DNA of 64,000 nucleotides from Candidatus Marinacidobacterales bacterium (GTDB lineage: Bacteria; Acidobacteriota; Vicinamibacteria; Marinacidobacterales; SMYC01): contig CBDCYI010000005.1 of the NCBI GenBank assembly GCA_965224085.1, positions 800,001-864,000 on the forward strand, read 5' to 3'. This document shows, in pieces, positions 43,082-54,264 of this stretch. Position 1 is the stretch's first letter; each line of letters starts with the position of its first letter. The notes under the pieces were generated by a model, which had not been told where the DNA came from, searched no databases, and worked only from the letters and a program-made list of their open reading frames with translations. The position numbers were made by a program, and so were the translations under genes.

Positions 43082-45083
43082 CCCATGTTTCCCTTTTAGG
43101 TCTCTAAGTCATCATAAACAAAGGACTGAGATCCGCGGTTTGTCTCTACGCTGACAGCACCTCCTCGGAGAAGGCTGGCGGGTCGCGTTCAACGATTCCG
43201 AGTGCAGTCAGGATCGAGTTGGCGCGAGCGGTGCCGCGCGTGACGACGCGCTTGGTCCGCCCAGAACCCAGCTGTAAGTCGACGAGCCGGACCGAGCGTA
43301 GCGCTTGTAGTGCCTCGGTTGCGGACAGGTCGAGTTCGGCGACCTTGAGCTTTTTCTCAAGAGCCCGATGCACAAGGAAGGCCAGCGTAGCTACGAAAAG
43401 ATGTGCCTCCACACGCTCATCGGTCTGGTGGTAAACGGGACGCATCTCAATGACATCCTTAAGGCATGAGAAGGCTCGCTCGACCTCGTTTAGGTCCTTG
43501 TAAAGGCGCACGGCGTCGACCGGAGAGAGGTTTTGCTCCTCGGTTTGAATAACGTACTTACCCTCGTAGGCTTGCTCGCGCTTGAGGTTGACCGGGTGCT
43601 CGAAGAAGCGGAAGCGAGCGTTTTTGTACTCCCAGTCGTAGTAACGGTGACCGTGGTGGCGTGCCTGTATGCGCGCGGCGGCGGCACCGATTTTCTCGGG
43701 GGCTTTCAATCGTCCCTCGCGCACGCGGCGCTCGAGGGCCTCGAATGCCGCACGGGCACGTCCCATGGCCCGCAGCCTCTGCCCGCGCTCGTAGGCGAGC
43801 CTTTCGTCGCTGTGAACGACGAAGATGCGCACGCCAGACTGCTCGGAGCGGACTTCTTGCACACGAGTCTTAGGTGGCTCGGCTTTTTCGCTCACCGTGA
43901 TGCCACCAGGGCAGTCGATCCACTCTCCGCTGGCGCGCTCGATGTAACGATAGACCTCCTCGCGCCGTCGTCTTTGCAGCCCGACGAGATAGCCCTGCTT
44001 GCGCGAGCGCACCACCGCCAGGCTGTCGCTCGTTACCATCCCTCGGTCGCCGACAAAAACCACGCGGTGCAAACCGAATCGTTCGTTGAGATCGTTGAGC
44101 ACCTGCGGCACCGTTTTCGCGTCACGCCAGTTGCCGGCGAAAACATGGTGGGCGATCGGCCAACCGTCCACCATCACCAGACCGACAAGCACTTGCCGGT
44201 TACGCGGTCTGCGGTCGCGACTGTAGCCATGGGCGCCGAGCCCCGGAGGGCCTTGACCTTCGAAGTACGTCGACGTCAGGTCGTAAAACACCATGTCAAC
44301 CTCAAGCGAAAACAGATCCCGCAAGCGCAAAAACAGCTCTTTCTCGATCTGTTCTTTGCGGGCATGCAGCTGGTCGAGCGTTCGGTACCATTGCTTGAGT
44401 TGGCAAAACTCCACGCGAACCCGCGGGGAGCGACTCGCTCGCCGCTCCCCATCATCGCGCCACTGCGGCACCCACCGCCGCCCCTGCCGGTCGCAGACGA
44501 AGTCGGTCTCGAGCCAGCGCGCCAGACCGTGCTCGCTTGACGGAGCACATAGCCGGTTGGCGACCAGCACCAAAGCTCGCTCGCTTAGCGCCACTCCGTC
44601 GCGCTTGCCGCGGCCTCCGAGCCGGTCGAGAATCTGCTCCAGTCCGAGCTCGCGCCACAGCGTCGCCGTCACCACCATCGGACCCCAATCCCACGCGTCT
44701 GCCCCCGCGATCTGCTCGGCTGCTCGCTCGGTGTCGGCCGGTTCACCGGCCCCAAGCAACCGATTGAGGGAGTCGAGATTGGCAACTAGGAGATCCTTGC
44801 GCCCCAAGTTGCACACTACGCGTTGCTTCGGCTTGCCGTGCTCCCGATACGACTCGACCAGGCGGACATACTCATGTTGAACCCCTTTGCCGCCTGCGGC
44901 CCGAACGATGCGGAAGAACATAACCTGTCCTCACGCATACTACATATCATTGTCCACGATTACAACGTATTAATGGCGCTCAAAGCACAATATCTGTCTC
45001 TACGTTTTGGGCAAATTCAACCCCCGTTCCTTTGAATTCAGTCACTTACGAGCGTTAGGGTGCCCATAAAGGGTAAACATGGG
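43082..45083 (-). mobile_element. IS1634-family element
   Basis: Inverted ends CCCATGTTT(A)CCCTTT; CTAG flanks at 43078-43081 and 45084-45087. Confidence 0.82.
43146..44921 (-). CDS. IS1634-family transposase
   Basis: YDLTSTYFEG, GYSRD, VGDRGM, YKDLNEVERAF and RPVYH motifs. Confidence 0.92.
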   Translation of the reverse strand: MFFRIVRAAGGKGVQHEYVRLVESYREHGKPKQRVVCNLGRKDLLVANLDSLNRLLGAGEPADTERAAEQIAGADAWDWGPMVVTATLWRELGLEQILDRLGGRGKRDGVALSERALVLVANRLCAPSSEHGLARWLETDFVCDRQGRRWVPQWRDDGERRASRSPRVRVEFCQLKQWYRTLDQLHARKEQIEKELFLRLRDLFSLEVDMVFYDLTSTYFEGQGPPGLGAHGYSRDRRPRNRQVLVGLVMVDGWPIAHHVFAGNWRDAKTVPQVLNDLNERFGLHRVVFVGDRGMVTSDSLAVVRSRKQGYLVGLQRRRREEVYRYIERASGEWIDCPGGITVSEKAEPPKTRVQEVRSEQSGVRIFVVHSDERLAYERGQRLRAMGRARAAFEALERRVREGRLKAPEKIGAAAARIQARHHGHRYYDWEYKNARFRFFEHPVNLKREQAYEGKYVIQTEEQNLSPVDAVRLYKDLNEVERAFSCLKDVIEMRPVYHQTDERVEAHLFVATLAFLVHRALEKKLKVAELDLSATEALQALRSVRLVDLQLGSGRTKRVVTRGTARANSILTALGIVERDPPAFSEEVLSA

Positions 45084-46024
45084 CTAGCCTGTTGTGCGGC
45101 AACTGGCCAGCGGCCGAGTACTCTGGACGTGAGAAAGAATCCAGATTTTGTGCTGAGGGCGACGTCCAGGACTCGATGATGATCGCGCAAAGGCGGATTG
45201 GTCGGTGGCCTTGAGTTTCGATGGTGTGCAGTGAAACGTCCGGCTGGGTGGTCAATCGCCGATCAGTTGGCGCTTATGCCGGTGCGAGTTTCGATATGAA
45301 CTTCGGCCTCCATCTGAGGCGATTCCATTGCTGGATATTGTAAGTGAGGGCGGTCCACAGAGATTCGGTGCGCACTTTGGTGATTCCGCGCACGCTAAAC
45401 TGCCGCAGGCCGAACTTGGTTTTGATCCAGAGGTTCGGAAACTCGGCCACCTGCGAGCGTGTCTTGTAGATTTCCTTGGCCTCGTCGGTCTGCATCTTGC
45501 ATCGGAACTCGACGATGTCGGGCAAAGGTTCACTCCGCTCGATCGAGCGGCCGTGCCGCGTACGAGGACAACATTGATCTTTGGCCGGACAGCTCTGACA
45601 GTCTTGCTTCGACACCTTGTATCGATAGCGCATCGAGCTATGGCTTTCGAGCTTAGCGTCGTAGCGTAGGTGCTTGCCCTGCGGGCACACATACGTGTTC
45701 GTCCCCTTATCGAAGACAAACTTCGACGCCTCGTATTCCTCACTCACTCCGTGGTGCTTATACGACTTACCCCGATTGAGCACTGCTGCCTTGTTGTCGG
45801 ATTGGGGGCCGATAAGCTCGATGTCACGCTTCGTCATCTCCGTAATGTTGTTGTTACTGATGTAGCCCCCATCCACGACCATCTGCTCGGGTGCACGCTG
45901 CATGCTCTGTTCAATCCGCTCTATCGCTGGTGTCAGCTGCCGATAATCGCTGCCCGCCTGCGTGGCTTCGATGTCGACAATCAAGCCATGCGCGGCATCC
46001 GTTGAGACCTGCACGTTGTAGCTA

Positions 46025-47708
46025 GTACCCGTCCTGACAGGTGTAAGAGGTTGAGAAAAAAGGGGTAATCGCAAATTTAGGGCTAGCCTTCTGAGGGAGT
46101 GTCGTTTAGTATCGAGTCGACAAAAACGCAGATTCTAAACGACTTAACTCCAAAGGAGACCAGCCCTAAATGCGAAAAACGATCAACCCACAACCAAGCC
46201 TTCGCGAGCCCTGGCTGGAGCTGGAGCACGCACGCGAGCTCGAAACGATATCATCGCTGCTCGATGCCCATCCTAAGCTCAATGAGCTGGTACTGCAAGA
46301 CCTGAGGTCGGTCACCCCATCGGCAGGGAGCGATGTTGGTCGTGGGGGAATGAGCGCGGAGCAGGTTCTCCGGGCGTTGTTGGTCAAGCAGCTGAATCAG
46401 TTCACCTATCGGGAGCTGGCGTTTCACTTGGCAGACTCTCGAAGCTATCGGACGTTTTGCCAGCTCGGCATCATAGAGCCGAGCCCGTCGAAGTCGACCC
46501 TAGCAGCAAACATCAAAGCCGTGAAGTTCGAAACGCTGGAGAAAATCAACCGAGAGTTGGTGAGTGTTGCCGAGAAGACCGCGATCGAAAAAGGAAGAAA
46601 AGTACGAGTGGACTGCACGGTAGTGGAGTCGAATATTCATTCTCCTACGGACTCCGAGCTTCTTTATGACTGCGTCCGAGTTCTCACTCGCCTCATGTGC
46701 CGAACTCGCGAACTGCTGGGTACAGTAGTGGTCTTCGGCAATCGAACGCGTCGAGCGAAGAGACGTCGACTGGGAGTTCTAAACGCGAAGGATAAGGAAC
46801 AAAGGCGTCGCGTCTATCGAGATCTACTGAAGGTGTCGGAAGAAACCTATCGCTCCGCTCAACGCGTTGCAGACCAGTTGGACGAGTCCGGCTTGACCGA
46901 GCCGGTGAAGCGAGCGAGTGCGGAGAAGATCGCCGCGGATTTTAAGCACTTTCTCGTCCTCACCGAAAAAGTCATCAACCAAACTCGGCGTAGAGTGATT
47001 GATGAAGAGCGTGTGCCTGCGGAGGAAAAGGTCGTTTCGATCTTCGAAGAACACACCGACATTATTCGCAAAGACCGGCGCGAGACTCTCTACGGTCACA
47101 AGGTGTGTTTGACTGGTGGCTCGTCCTCGATGATTTTGGATTGCGTGATCTTGGATGGGAATCCGTCCGATTCAACTCTCGCGGAAACCATGATCGACCG
47201 TCAAGTCGAACTCTACGAACGGGCCCCGCGCCAGGTTGCCTACGATGGCGCGTTTTCTTCAAAGGCAAACTTGGAAGCCATCAAAGGCAAGGGAGTTGAA
47301 GATGTTGCCTTTACCAAGGCTCACTTCGCGGTGACCGATATGGTCAAGAGTTCCTGGGTCTATCAACGCCTACGGCGATTTCGCTGCGGAATCGAAGGCG
47401 TCATTTCGTTCTTGAAACGAGTCTTTGGTCTCGACCGATGCACATGGCGCTCATTGCCTTCTTTCAAATCCTACGTATGGAGTTCCATCATCACCTGCAA
47501 CCTGTTGGTAATGGCAAGGCACCTATTACGATAATAATGATTACTCTTACTGCGTTTATAGCCATGGATTGCTGACGATTCGCCTCTCGTTTCGTCCAAG
47601 ATTTTCATTCGCTTCCGAGCCTACGAGGTGCCGACTGAAAACGTATAATACCCACATCTTCGATAGGCCTCTCGTACACCACAAGTTATGGTGTTTCTGG
47701 ACAGGAAC
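46025..47708 (+). mobile_element. IS element B copy 2, 1684 bp
   Basis: Flanked by TAGCTA at 46019-46024 and 47709-47714. Confidence 0.93.
46170..47534 (+). CDS. ISNCY-family DDE transposase
   Basis: Protein identical to that of 34224..35588 in the ORF track. Confidence 0.92.
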   Translation: MRKTINPQPSLREPWLELEHARELETISSLLDAHPKLNELVLQDLRSVTPSAGSDVGRGGMSAEQVLRALLVKQLNQFTYRELAFHLADSRSYRTFCQLGIIEPSPSKSTLAANIKAVKFETLEKINRELVSVAEKTAIEKGRKVRVDCTVVESNIHSPTDSELLYDCVRVLTRLMCRTRELLGTVVVFGNRTRRAKRRRLGVLNAKDKEQRRRVYRDLLKVSEETYRSAQRVADQLDESGLTEPVKRASAEKIAADFKHFLVLTEKVINQTRRRVIDEERVPAEEKVVSIFEEHTDIIRKDRRETLYGHKVCLTGGSSSMILDCVILDGNPSDSTLAETMIDRQVELYERAPRQVAYDGAFSSKANLEAIKGKGVEDVAFTKAHFAVTDMVKSSWVYQRLRRFRCGIEGVISFLKRVFGLDRCTWRSLPSFKSYVWSSIITCNLLVMARHLLR

Positions 47709-48515
47709 TAGCTAGGGGCCGAGCCGCCCTCGGCTTGCTTCATCACACGCGCGTCCGGATCGGTCGTGCTTGCGCGGTCGACCCGGCTTTTCGCCGCTTT
47801 CAGCTTGTCGTATTCCTTCAACGCTGATTCCAGATGCTCCTTTCTCTCTCGCGCGGCGCGTTGATGTGCAGCTTGTCCCTGGCGCGTTGAATCTTCCTCC
47901 GTCTGCTTTTCAAGAGCCTCGACTGCCTTACGCGCATGCTCCAGATATTCCTCGACTCGACCCTTCGTGCGGAAACTATTCCCCGATGCGTTCGCCCGAA
48001 TCCGCGTCCCATCCAGCATGACTCGCTCGAGCGTGATCAATCCGTCCGCACTCAAAAGACCCAACGTTTGTACAAACAATTCGTGCAGCGCCTCGGCATG
48101 GGTCACCCGAAAGTCCGATAGCGTATGGGCACTGATGCTCTGCATTCCCGTCAGCCATTGATACGCCGGGTGATGCTCGCACAGCCGCTCAATCGCGCGC
48201 GCCGAACTCACCGACTGACTGTAGCTGTAGACCCAAAGGCTCACCAGTAGATGCGGATCGAATGCAGGCCGCCCTGCACCACCCTCGACCGAGTGGACCT
48301 GCTCCGTATACCCGCTGAGGTCCAGCCGACCCACGAACTCCCAGATCGCTCGCGCTGCGTGATCCTCTGGAATCAACTGCTCAACGTCCACCGTCCGCAA
48401 CAGCAGCTGCGCCCGATCCACAACCTTCAACCGAGCTTGTGTCGCGCGCGCTCCTTCATCACCGTCATCGCCACGTTTTCGCGGACTCGGCATACCAGGT
48501 AGCGATGCTTGCTTC

Positions 48516-48707
48516 TCACCCACGTTTACCACGCTTCACCCGCGGCGTCCGACGAACTATCAGTGTGTTCCGATCCTCGACGACCCACTCAAGCTCCTCG
48601 CCAGGCTCCATCTCCAGCGCCTGCGCCAAAGGCGACGGGCAAATCACATAGAACTGACGCGTATCGTTGGCTCGCTTTATCACCTGCAGCTTCGTCACGT
48701 ATCCCAT
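48516..48707 (-). CDS. AbrB/MazE/SpoVT-like small DNA-binding protein inside the IS1182 element
   Basis: 63 aa; YVICPSPLAQALEMEPGEELEW swapped-hairpin pattern; overlaps the transposase start. Confidence 0.65.
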   Translation of the reverse strand: MGYVTKLQVIKRANDTRQFYVICPSPLAQALEMEPGEELEWVVEDRNTLIVRRTPRVKRGKRG

Positions 48708-48858
48708 GATGGGCTTACGCTAAAGCATAGCGATAACACTAGTCAAGTATTAATTTTTTCTCACGTCCTCGGTCCGGACAGAGTAGCTTGAGAAACTACT
48801 TTAACTGTAGGCTCTGCGCTTCGATACAGCGCTAGCCAGCTCGTCTCGGCGTCGCACT

Positions 48859-51800
48859 TTACCTAAGCGTCATAGCGGGGTCGCCGAAGAGGTTGTAGAT
48901 GCTCAGAAGCTCGGGGAAAGCGCCCGTTTCGGCGTAGGCTTCTTGCGCGGCGAGCACCGCGTCGCCCAGACGCTCGTGGTTTCCATCGACCAGCTCACGT
49001 AGTAGCGCTTGGTGGAATCGGTGCGCGGGGTCGTTCACGCTCAGCCCGCTCGGCGAGAACGCGGCGATGGCGCCCTTGTCCGTCGCCTTCACCAGCTCTT
49101 CGCTCAGCGAGTCGAGCGTCGGGAGGTGGAAGAAGCCGTTCAAGCAGTTCATGGTCAGCAGAATCGGTTGCTGCGCCTGGCTCGAAAGCGAGGCGACATC
49201 GGTGTAGTTGAAGACGTTCTCCGATGCCCACACCACGATGCCTCCATGGCCGATGTAGCTCACGATCGAGGCCCCCCCGTCGAAGCTCTGTAGGATCGCT
49301 TCGCGCGTCGCTGCCGTTCCGAGCTCGCTCAACGCGATCGTCTCCGTGGGTCGCGAGGCGAGCACTCCCGTCGTTAACGTGCTCGCGTTCGCTTCAAAGT
49401 TACCCGCCGTGTCCGCATTGTCCGCGACCAGTACGACGCGACCCGATAGGGTCGCGTCGCCCCGCTCATAACCCAAAATCTTAGCGACCATCTCTTCCGC
49501 TTCGCCCACCGAGCTCGCCGCGAGCCGACCAAGCGCGATATCCGGCAGCAAATCCTCACCGTTGACCGCCGCGTAGGCCGGGTCCGACGCCGTCCACATG
49601 TACGTCGTCTTCACGATCAAAGGCGGCACTTGGTTCGCGATACCTGTCTCCAGGTAGTCCTTAAAGTCGTACGTCGCGTCTCCCAAGAGCACCACGTAGC
49701 GCAGCGACGGCCGGCGCCAGTTGTGATACGCGTAGCGCAGGAACTCGCGAAGCGCTTCGGGCGACGTCTCTCCAAAGCCGAACTCCGCGTAGACGTCCTC
49801 GAGCGCGACCGACTTCACTTTCAGTCCTTGTTGCCGGCGCTGCTTGAGAAGAGGCGTTGCCGCCCCTAGGAAAGCTCGCTGGCCGACCAAGAGATATTCA
49901 GCGCGGTTCCCTCGGCTCTTCAAACGCGTCGTGGGCATCGCCCGCACTTCGGGTCGGCGTACCGATGCCGCGCTCACCGCGTAGTAGGTTTCGCCGGACT
50001 CCGCTCGGAAGCGCACACGGCTCGCATCGTTTTGGACGCCGCTCAGCCAACGCGGGTGCGCACGGCTCAGCTCGAGCACGTGGGCTTCGGGGCCCAAACC
50101 GCTCACTTCCGCGGTGCCGGACTCCTTCCACACGCCTTCGAGCTCACCGTTGTCAGCAACAGGCACGCGCGGGTAGCTCAGCGCGAAGCGGTCGAGCAGG
50201 ACCATCGAGTACGCAGCACCCGTGTCGCCCACGTTCTCGACCTCGAGCGTGTTCTCTCCTTCAACGAGCACACCCGGCAGCAGCGCGACATCGAGACGCC
50301 GCGACGTTTTGCCGTCCCAGCTCGACTCACCCACCAAGCTTCCATTCACGTACACGCGCACGTGGTGGTCCGGGTCGGCCTCGAAGTCGGTTACGCCTTG
50401 AAGCCATACGGTCAAGCTCGAGCTGTCCGTCGTTGACGCGAGCGCGCTCACTTCGAACGGGTAGCTCTTCGTCACCGGTGCGAATAGAAGGTCCCATAGC
50501 CATAGATCGGGAGCGGCTTTCTCAGTGAGGGCGGCTTGGTAGTAGCGATTCTGCTCTTGCTCCACGCGCTTCATGTAAAACGTCGTTGGGCCGCCTGACG
50601 GCGCTGCCGATCGGCTCTGCATCCTCGCGCCCGTCCGGCCCATCTCGAGCTCGTAGACGGCCTCGTTGCCGTACGGATTCAACGAAGCGCCTTCGCTCAT
50701 AAAGTACAACGTCGAGCCCGGTTGGAAGCGCGGCCGGTTGGGCTCCAAGTGGAACGCCACCGCTTTTCCTTGACGGCTCAGTCTCAGCGAGCGGGCGGGC
50801 ACACTGCGGCTTCCGCTCATCACATCTTCGTAGCGCACCGCGTAGAGACCTGGCTCCACCGCTGCGAGCCGTTTCGCCACGCTTCTTTCGTCGTGGCTTC
50901 GTCGCCTTCGGTAGCGGCGGCCTCGTCGTCCGCGCGTGGCTTCTTCGGAAGGATCCGGCGTCCGGAACGACACGCGCACCACGAGTCGACGTGCCAACAG
51001 GAGCTGGCCTCGCGTCCCATCCCAGCGCAGCGGCGCCAGCTCCACCAGAGCTTTTTTCACTTCGCCTTGGAAACCCACTTCCAAAAGACGCGCCGCGCTC
51101 GAGGGGCTCAGTCCTTCGCCGCGGAACGCCGTGCGCGCTCGGCGATTCAACGCGCGTACCGTGCCGTCGCGCGACGCCACGAGCTCCGGCATCGCCGCTT
51201 GCGACGGGCGCAAGCTCGTGAACGCCTCCACATCGCGCGCCCTCACCGAGACCAGCTCGACTTTGCGGCCCGCGATCGCTTCCACCCACTGGCGCTTCAC
51301 TGGCAGCGCCGGAGCGCTCGCTTCGCCCAGCTCCGCGAAGCCCGGGATGCTCAGACGCACCGAAGGTCGTGCACGATGATGCTGTCGAACCGAACGTCCG
51401 TCGCGACCGTCTCGGCTCGGAACCCATCGATACCGCGCGCATTGGTGATGCCCGACCCATCGAGCTCGATCCCCGTGAAGCGTACGTGCTGGTCCGTAAT
51501 GTTGATGATGTCCACGTCGGCGCCGGGCGATGCGATCACGGGTGCGATGCGACATCCAATTCCCGCCACTCCCTCGTGCCGCTGGGGACTTCCGACCTCA
51601 CCGAGCGAGAACGGTGCATAGAGATGGATGTACGCGTCCGCGCCGGTGGTGTAGCCGTCGATGAGGACGCCCGCTGTTTCCTGGATGGGGCCGTCTTCGT
51701 AGCAGGGCCAGTTGAGCTGGTAGCCGTTGGTGGCGAGGTCCGCGGTGTTCAAGTGGAAGGCGTCGGAGCTCTCCGCCTCGGCCTCGGTGACCGAGTTGAA

Positions 51801-53213
51801 CGCACGGTAGATCTCGAGGTTCGAGCTAGCGAACGAGACGTTCGGGTCCGCCGGCGTGCCACCGCCCGCTGCCGAGTCCTGGATCCGAAACTGCGTCGAC
51901 GAGATGCGGCTCGAGATGTAATACCGCCTCGTCGAGGCGCCGACCCGAATTTCGTCGCCTACGCCGACCCGCTTCGCCGCGGGAGCGTCGAGCGTCAGCA
52001 AGCCCGCGGCCGCGGAGCCCGTCGACACGTGGAGCGCCGCGGTCTCCGTCCCGATCGAGTAGTACAACCTCGGCGTGAACGCGACCACGGCCCATCCGAA
52101 GTCCGCGGTGGTGCCCCCGGTCAATTGGCGTCTCAGCCTCACTTGGGTGGGGTTGATGACGTTCTGTTGGAACCAGGCGACCCCAGGAATGTCGTTCGAC
52201 TGGTAGGGCGACTTGCCCCCTATCTGCAGGTACCCGCCCGCGGCCATCGACCAGGCCGGGTCCACCTGGGGGGCGAACGTTGCGACCTTGTTCGTCTGGG
52301 TGTTGGTGAAGTTCATGTTGCCGTGCCGCACCGTCGTGCCGTCGGTGAACTCGACCAGGTACCACGTGAGGTTGATGGATACACTGCCCCCGGTGCGGTC
52401 CCGATCGAAGTTGAGGTTCGTCGGGCTCGTGATCCGGCCGCGGACCAGGCCCCTCCCGATCCTCGGGTTCGTTCCGCCACTACCCGTTTCGAGGCTGTAG
52501 AGGAGCCACGACTTCGTGGTGTCGACGGCGGGGGTGAGGGTCGCGTTCTGGGATGCGGAGCTCGCACCGAAGTTGACGTTCCCGCTCTGGACCCTGGCGC
52601 CGGTGTACTCGACCACCTGCCACGCGATCCGGGCCCCACCGCCGGTGTGATCCAGTCGGAGGTTCGTGGGGCTCGTCAGCTCCGCCCGAATGAAGTCGTC
52701 CCGGTCGAAGTCGCCGCCGGCTTCCCGGATCGTGACGATGGGGAAGGATTTCGACAGGTCGACCGCCGTTGTGAGGGTGACGTCGAAATTCGGCTGCGGA
52801 GCCGCATAGACCTCGCCGTGCTGGACGAACACGCCCGAGGAGAACTCGGCCACCTTCCAGTGGATCGTCATAGCGGTGCCGCCGCTCGCGCATTGGGCTC
52901 TTTCGAACCGGAGCGTCGTGCCACCGGGGAGGATCCGGCCCGTCGCCTTCGTTCTGCCTGCCCAGAGCCCGTTGTTGCGTTGGCTAAAGACGAGAAAGGA
53001 ACGGTCGCGGGTTACCGGGTTGAATTGAGGCGCGGTGACGTCGACGATGCAGGTCGTGTTGGCCATGGTGAAAGACCCTTTCTGCACCTTGTGGATCGTC
53101 GCCGCCTGAGCCGGCGGGGCGAGAGCAGCTGCGCCCACGAGCGCCAGGCAGAGGAGACCCGCTCCGCGAATGGCCTGCCCCGGAACCGTCCTCCGTTCAT
53201 CAGCGATCGTCAT
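48859..53213 (-). pseudogene. Third large secreted C25-module protein with an internal out-of-frame deletion near 51363
   Basis: N-terminus is paralogous to the 41554 gene; IIVHDL joins directly to SVRLSIPG; C25 with GHGG, MNCLNG and LFGDP is intact. Confidence 0.8.
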
Positions 53214-53233
53214 TGCTCCCCTTCGTCGCTATT

Positions 53234-53368
53234 TGCAATGAACGCGCCAACACCGAGGCTCGTCGATTCTTGTAAATGATTACGTTTGAACGTGTTGAGC
53301 TCGGAGAAAATCCATGGCGGCAGCGTGGTGTGGGAATTTCTGGGCAAAACGATGGTGATTTGCCTACA
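53234..53368 (-). promoter_or_regulatory. sigma54 promoter with upstream TGTAGG box
   Basis: Minus strand TGGCGC-gttca-TTGCA (53249-53234); TGTAGGCAAATCACC starts 119 bp upstream. Confidence 0.75.
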
Positions 53369-53498
53369 CCCGTCCGCGACAGGATGCTCGGCGTGGGACG
53401 GTACTCGAGAAGCTAAGCCGGCCCTACAGAGTGTAATGTGTTAGGGGCGGACACGATCCGCCGCGCGCCGATACCCGTCTATCTTTCGTACACGTGCT

Positions 53499-53536
53499 TT
53501 GAATCTAGCCAAAATATAGCTATAATATAGCCAGAA
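53499..53536 (+). promoter_or_regulatory. Toxin-antitoxin promoter with three 11 bp operator-like repeats
   Basis: TTGAAT-N16-TATAAT; repeats tctagccaaaa, tatagctataa, tatagccagaa. Confidence 0.6.
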
Positions 53537-53829
53537 TGCGGCACGAGGTAACCCTCGCTCCCGCGGCCGTGGAGGACTTGAGCAAGCTCAAAGCAACGAT
53601 GCGTGCGCGCGTCCGAGATGCGATTGAGACGCACTTGCGTCACGAGCCGGAAAAGGCGACGCGCAGTCGAATCAAACAGCTGCGCGGATGGTCTCACCCG
53701 CAGTACCGGCTCCGAGTCGACGAAGTCCGCATCTTTTACGACGTGTCCGACGGAGTCGTCGAGGTTCTAGCCATTGTTCCAAAGTCTCGGGCAGCGGCAT
53801 GGCTCGAACAGTTGGGGGATGAAGAATGA
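53536..53829 (+). CDS. RelE/ParE-superfamily toxin
   Basis: 97 aa; AVEDL..IKQLRG..YRLRVDEVRIFY. Confidence 0.85.
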   Translation: MRHEVTLAPAAVEDLSKLKATMRARVRDAIETHLRHEPEKATRSRIKQLRGWSHPQYRLRVDEVRIFYDVSDGVVEVLAIVPKSRAAAWLEQLGDEE

Positions 53830-54083
53830 AAAAAATAGCGCTCTCTGAAGTCAAAGACGACCTCTCCAGATATTTGCGGCTCGCTGAGAAAGAAGACGTG
53901 ATCATCACTCGACACGGAAAGCCCGCGGGAGTTCTTATCGGTTTCAAGTCGGAAGACGAATGGTTCGACTATCGGTTGGAGAACGACCCACGCTTTCTTG
54001 CAAGAATCGAGACGGCCCGCGCGAGCCTTCGAGCAGGGCGAGGCGTGAAACTCGAAGATGTCGAATTGGGCGACGAGTCGTAA
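53826..54083 (+). CDS. Phd/YefM-family antitoxin
   Basis: SEVKDDLSRYL..VIITRHGKPAGVL; ATGA overlap with the toxin. Confidence 0.88.
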   Translation: MKKIALSEVKDDLSRYLRLAEKEDVIITRHGKPAGVLIGFKSEDEWFDYRLENDPRFLARIETARASLRAGRGVKLEDVELGDES

Positions 54084-54264
54084 CACTCTCGCCACGAGCC
54101 ACCCCAGCAGCGGATGAATCGGTCCGGACATGTCCTCGACGGTTGAGTCGTCCGGAAGCCCATTGAGCACTTGGGTGACGAATTTCTTGCCCGATGACAT
54201 GCTTCGAGCCTCTCCAGATTGTATCGTGTAGCGCCAGGCCGAGTCCCGGAAACGAGGTCACAAG

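Larger units (their letters stand above)
45274..48532 (-). pseudogene. IS1182-family transposase split at SAPS|YNVQ
   Basis: GRPAFDP, LDGTRIRANAS, TDPDAR, YNVQ, VDGGY and CQSCPAKDQC motifs; the halves rejoin in frame when element B is removed. Confidence 0.9.
45125..48768 (-). mobile_element. IS1182-family element interrupted by element B
   Basis: Inverted ends GGACGTGAGAAA(G/A)AAT at 45125 and 48768; no clear target duplication. Confidence 0.7.

Noticed and set aside
34050-47708. Composite transposon bounded by the two inverted B copies
   Set aside because: Each copy has its own TAGCTA flanks and the IS1182 halves around copy 2 remain collinear, so independent insertion is simpler.
35747-51360. 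Diversity-generating retroelement or shufflon acting on the C25 paralogues
   Set aside because: No reverse transcriptase or invertase is present, and the differences I compared are not adenine-specific.
53418-53450. REP-like inverted repeat (ccggccctaca / tgttaggggcgg)
   Set aside because: Single imperfect instance; no family can be shown within this window.
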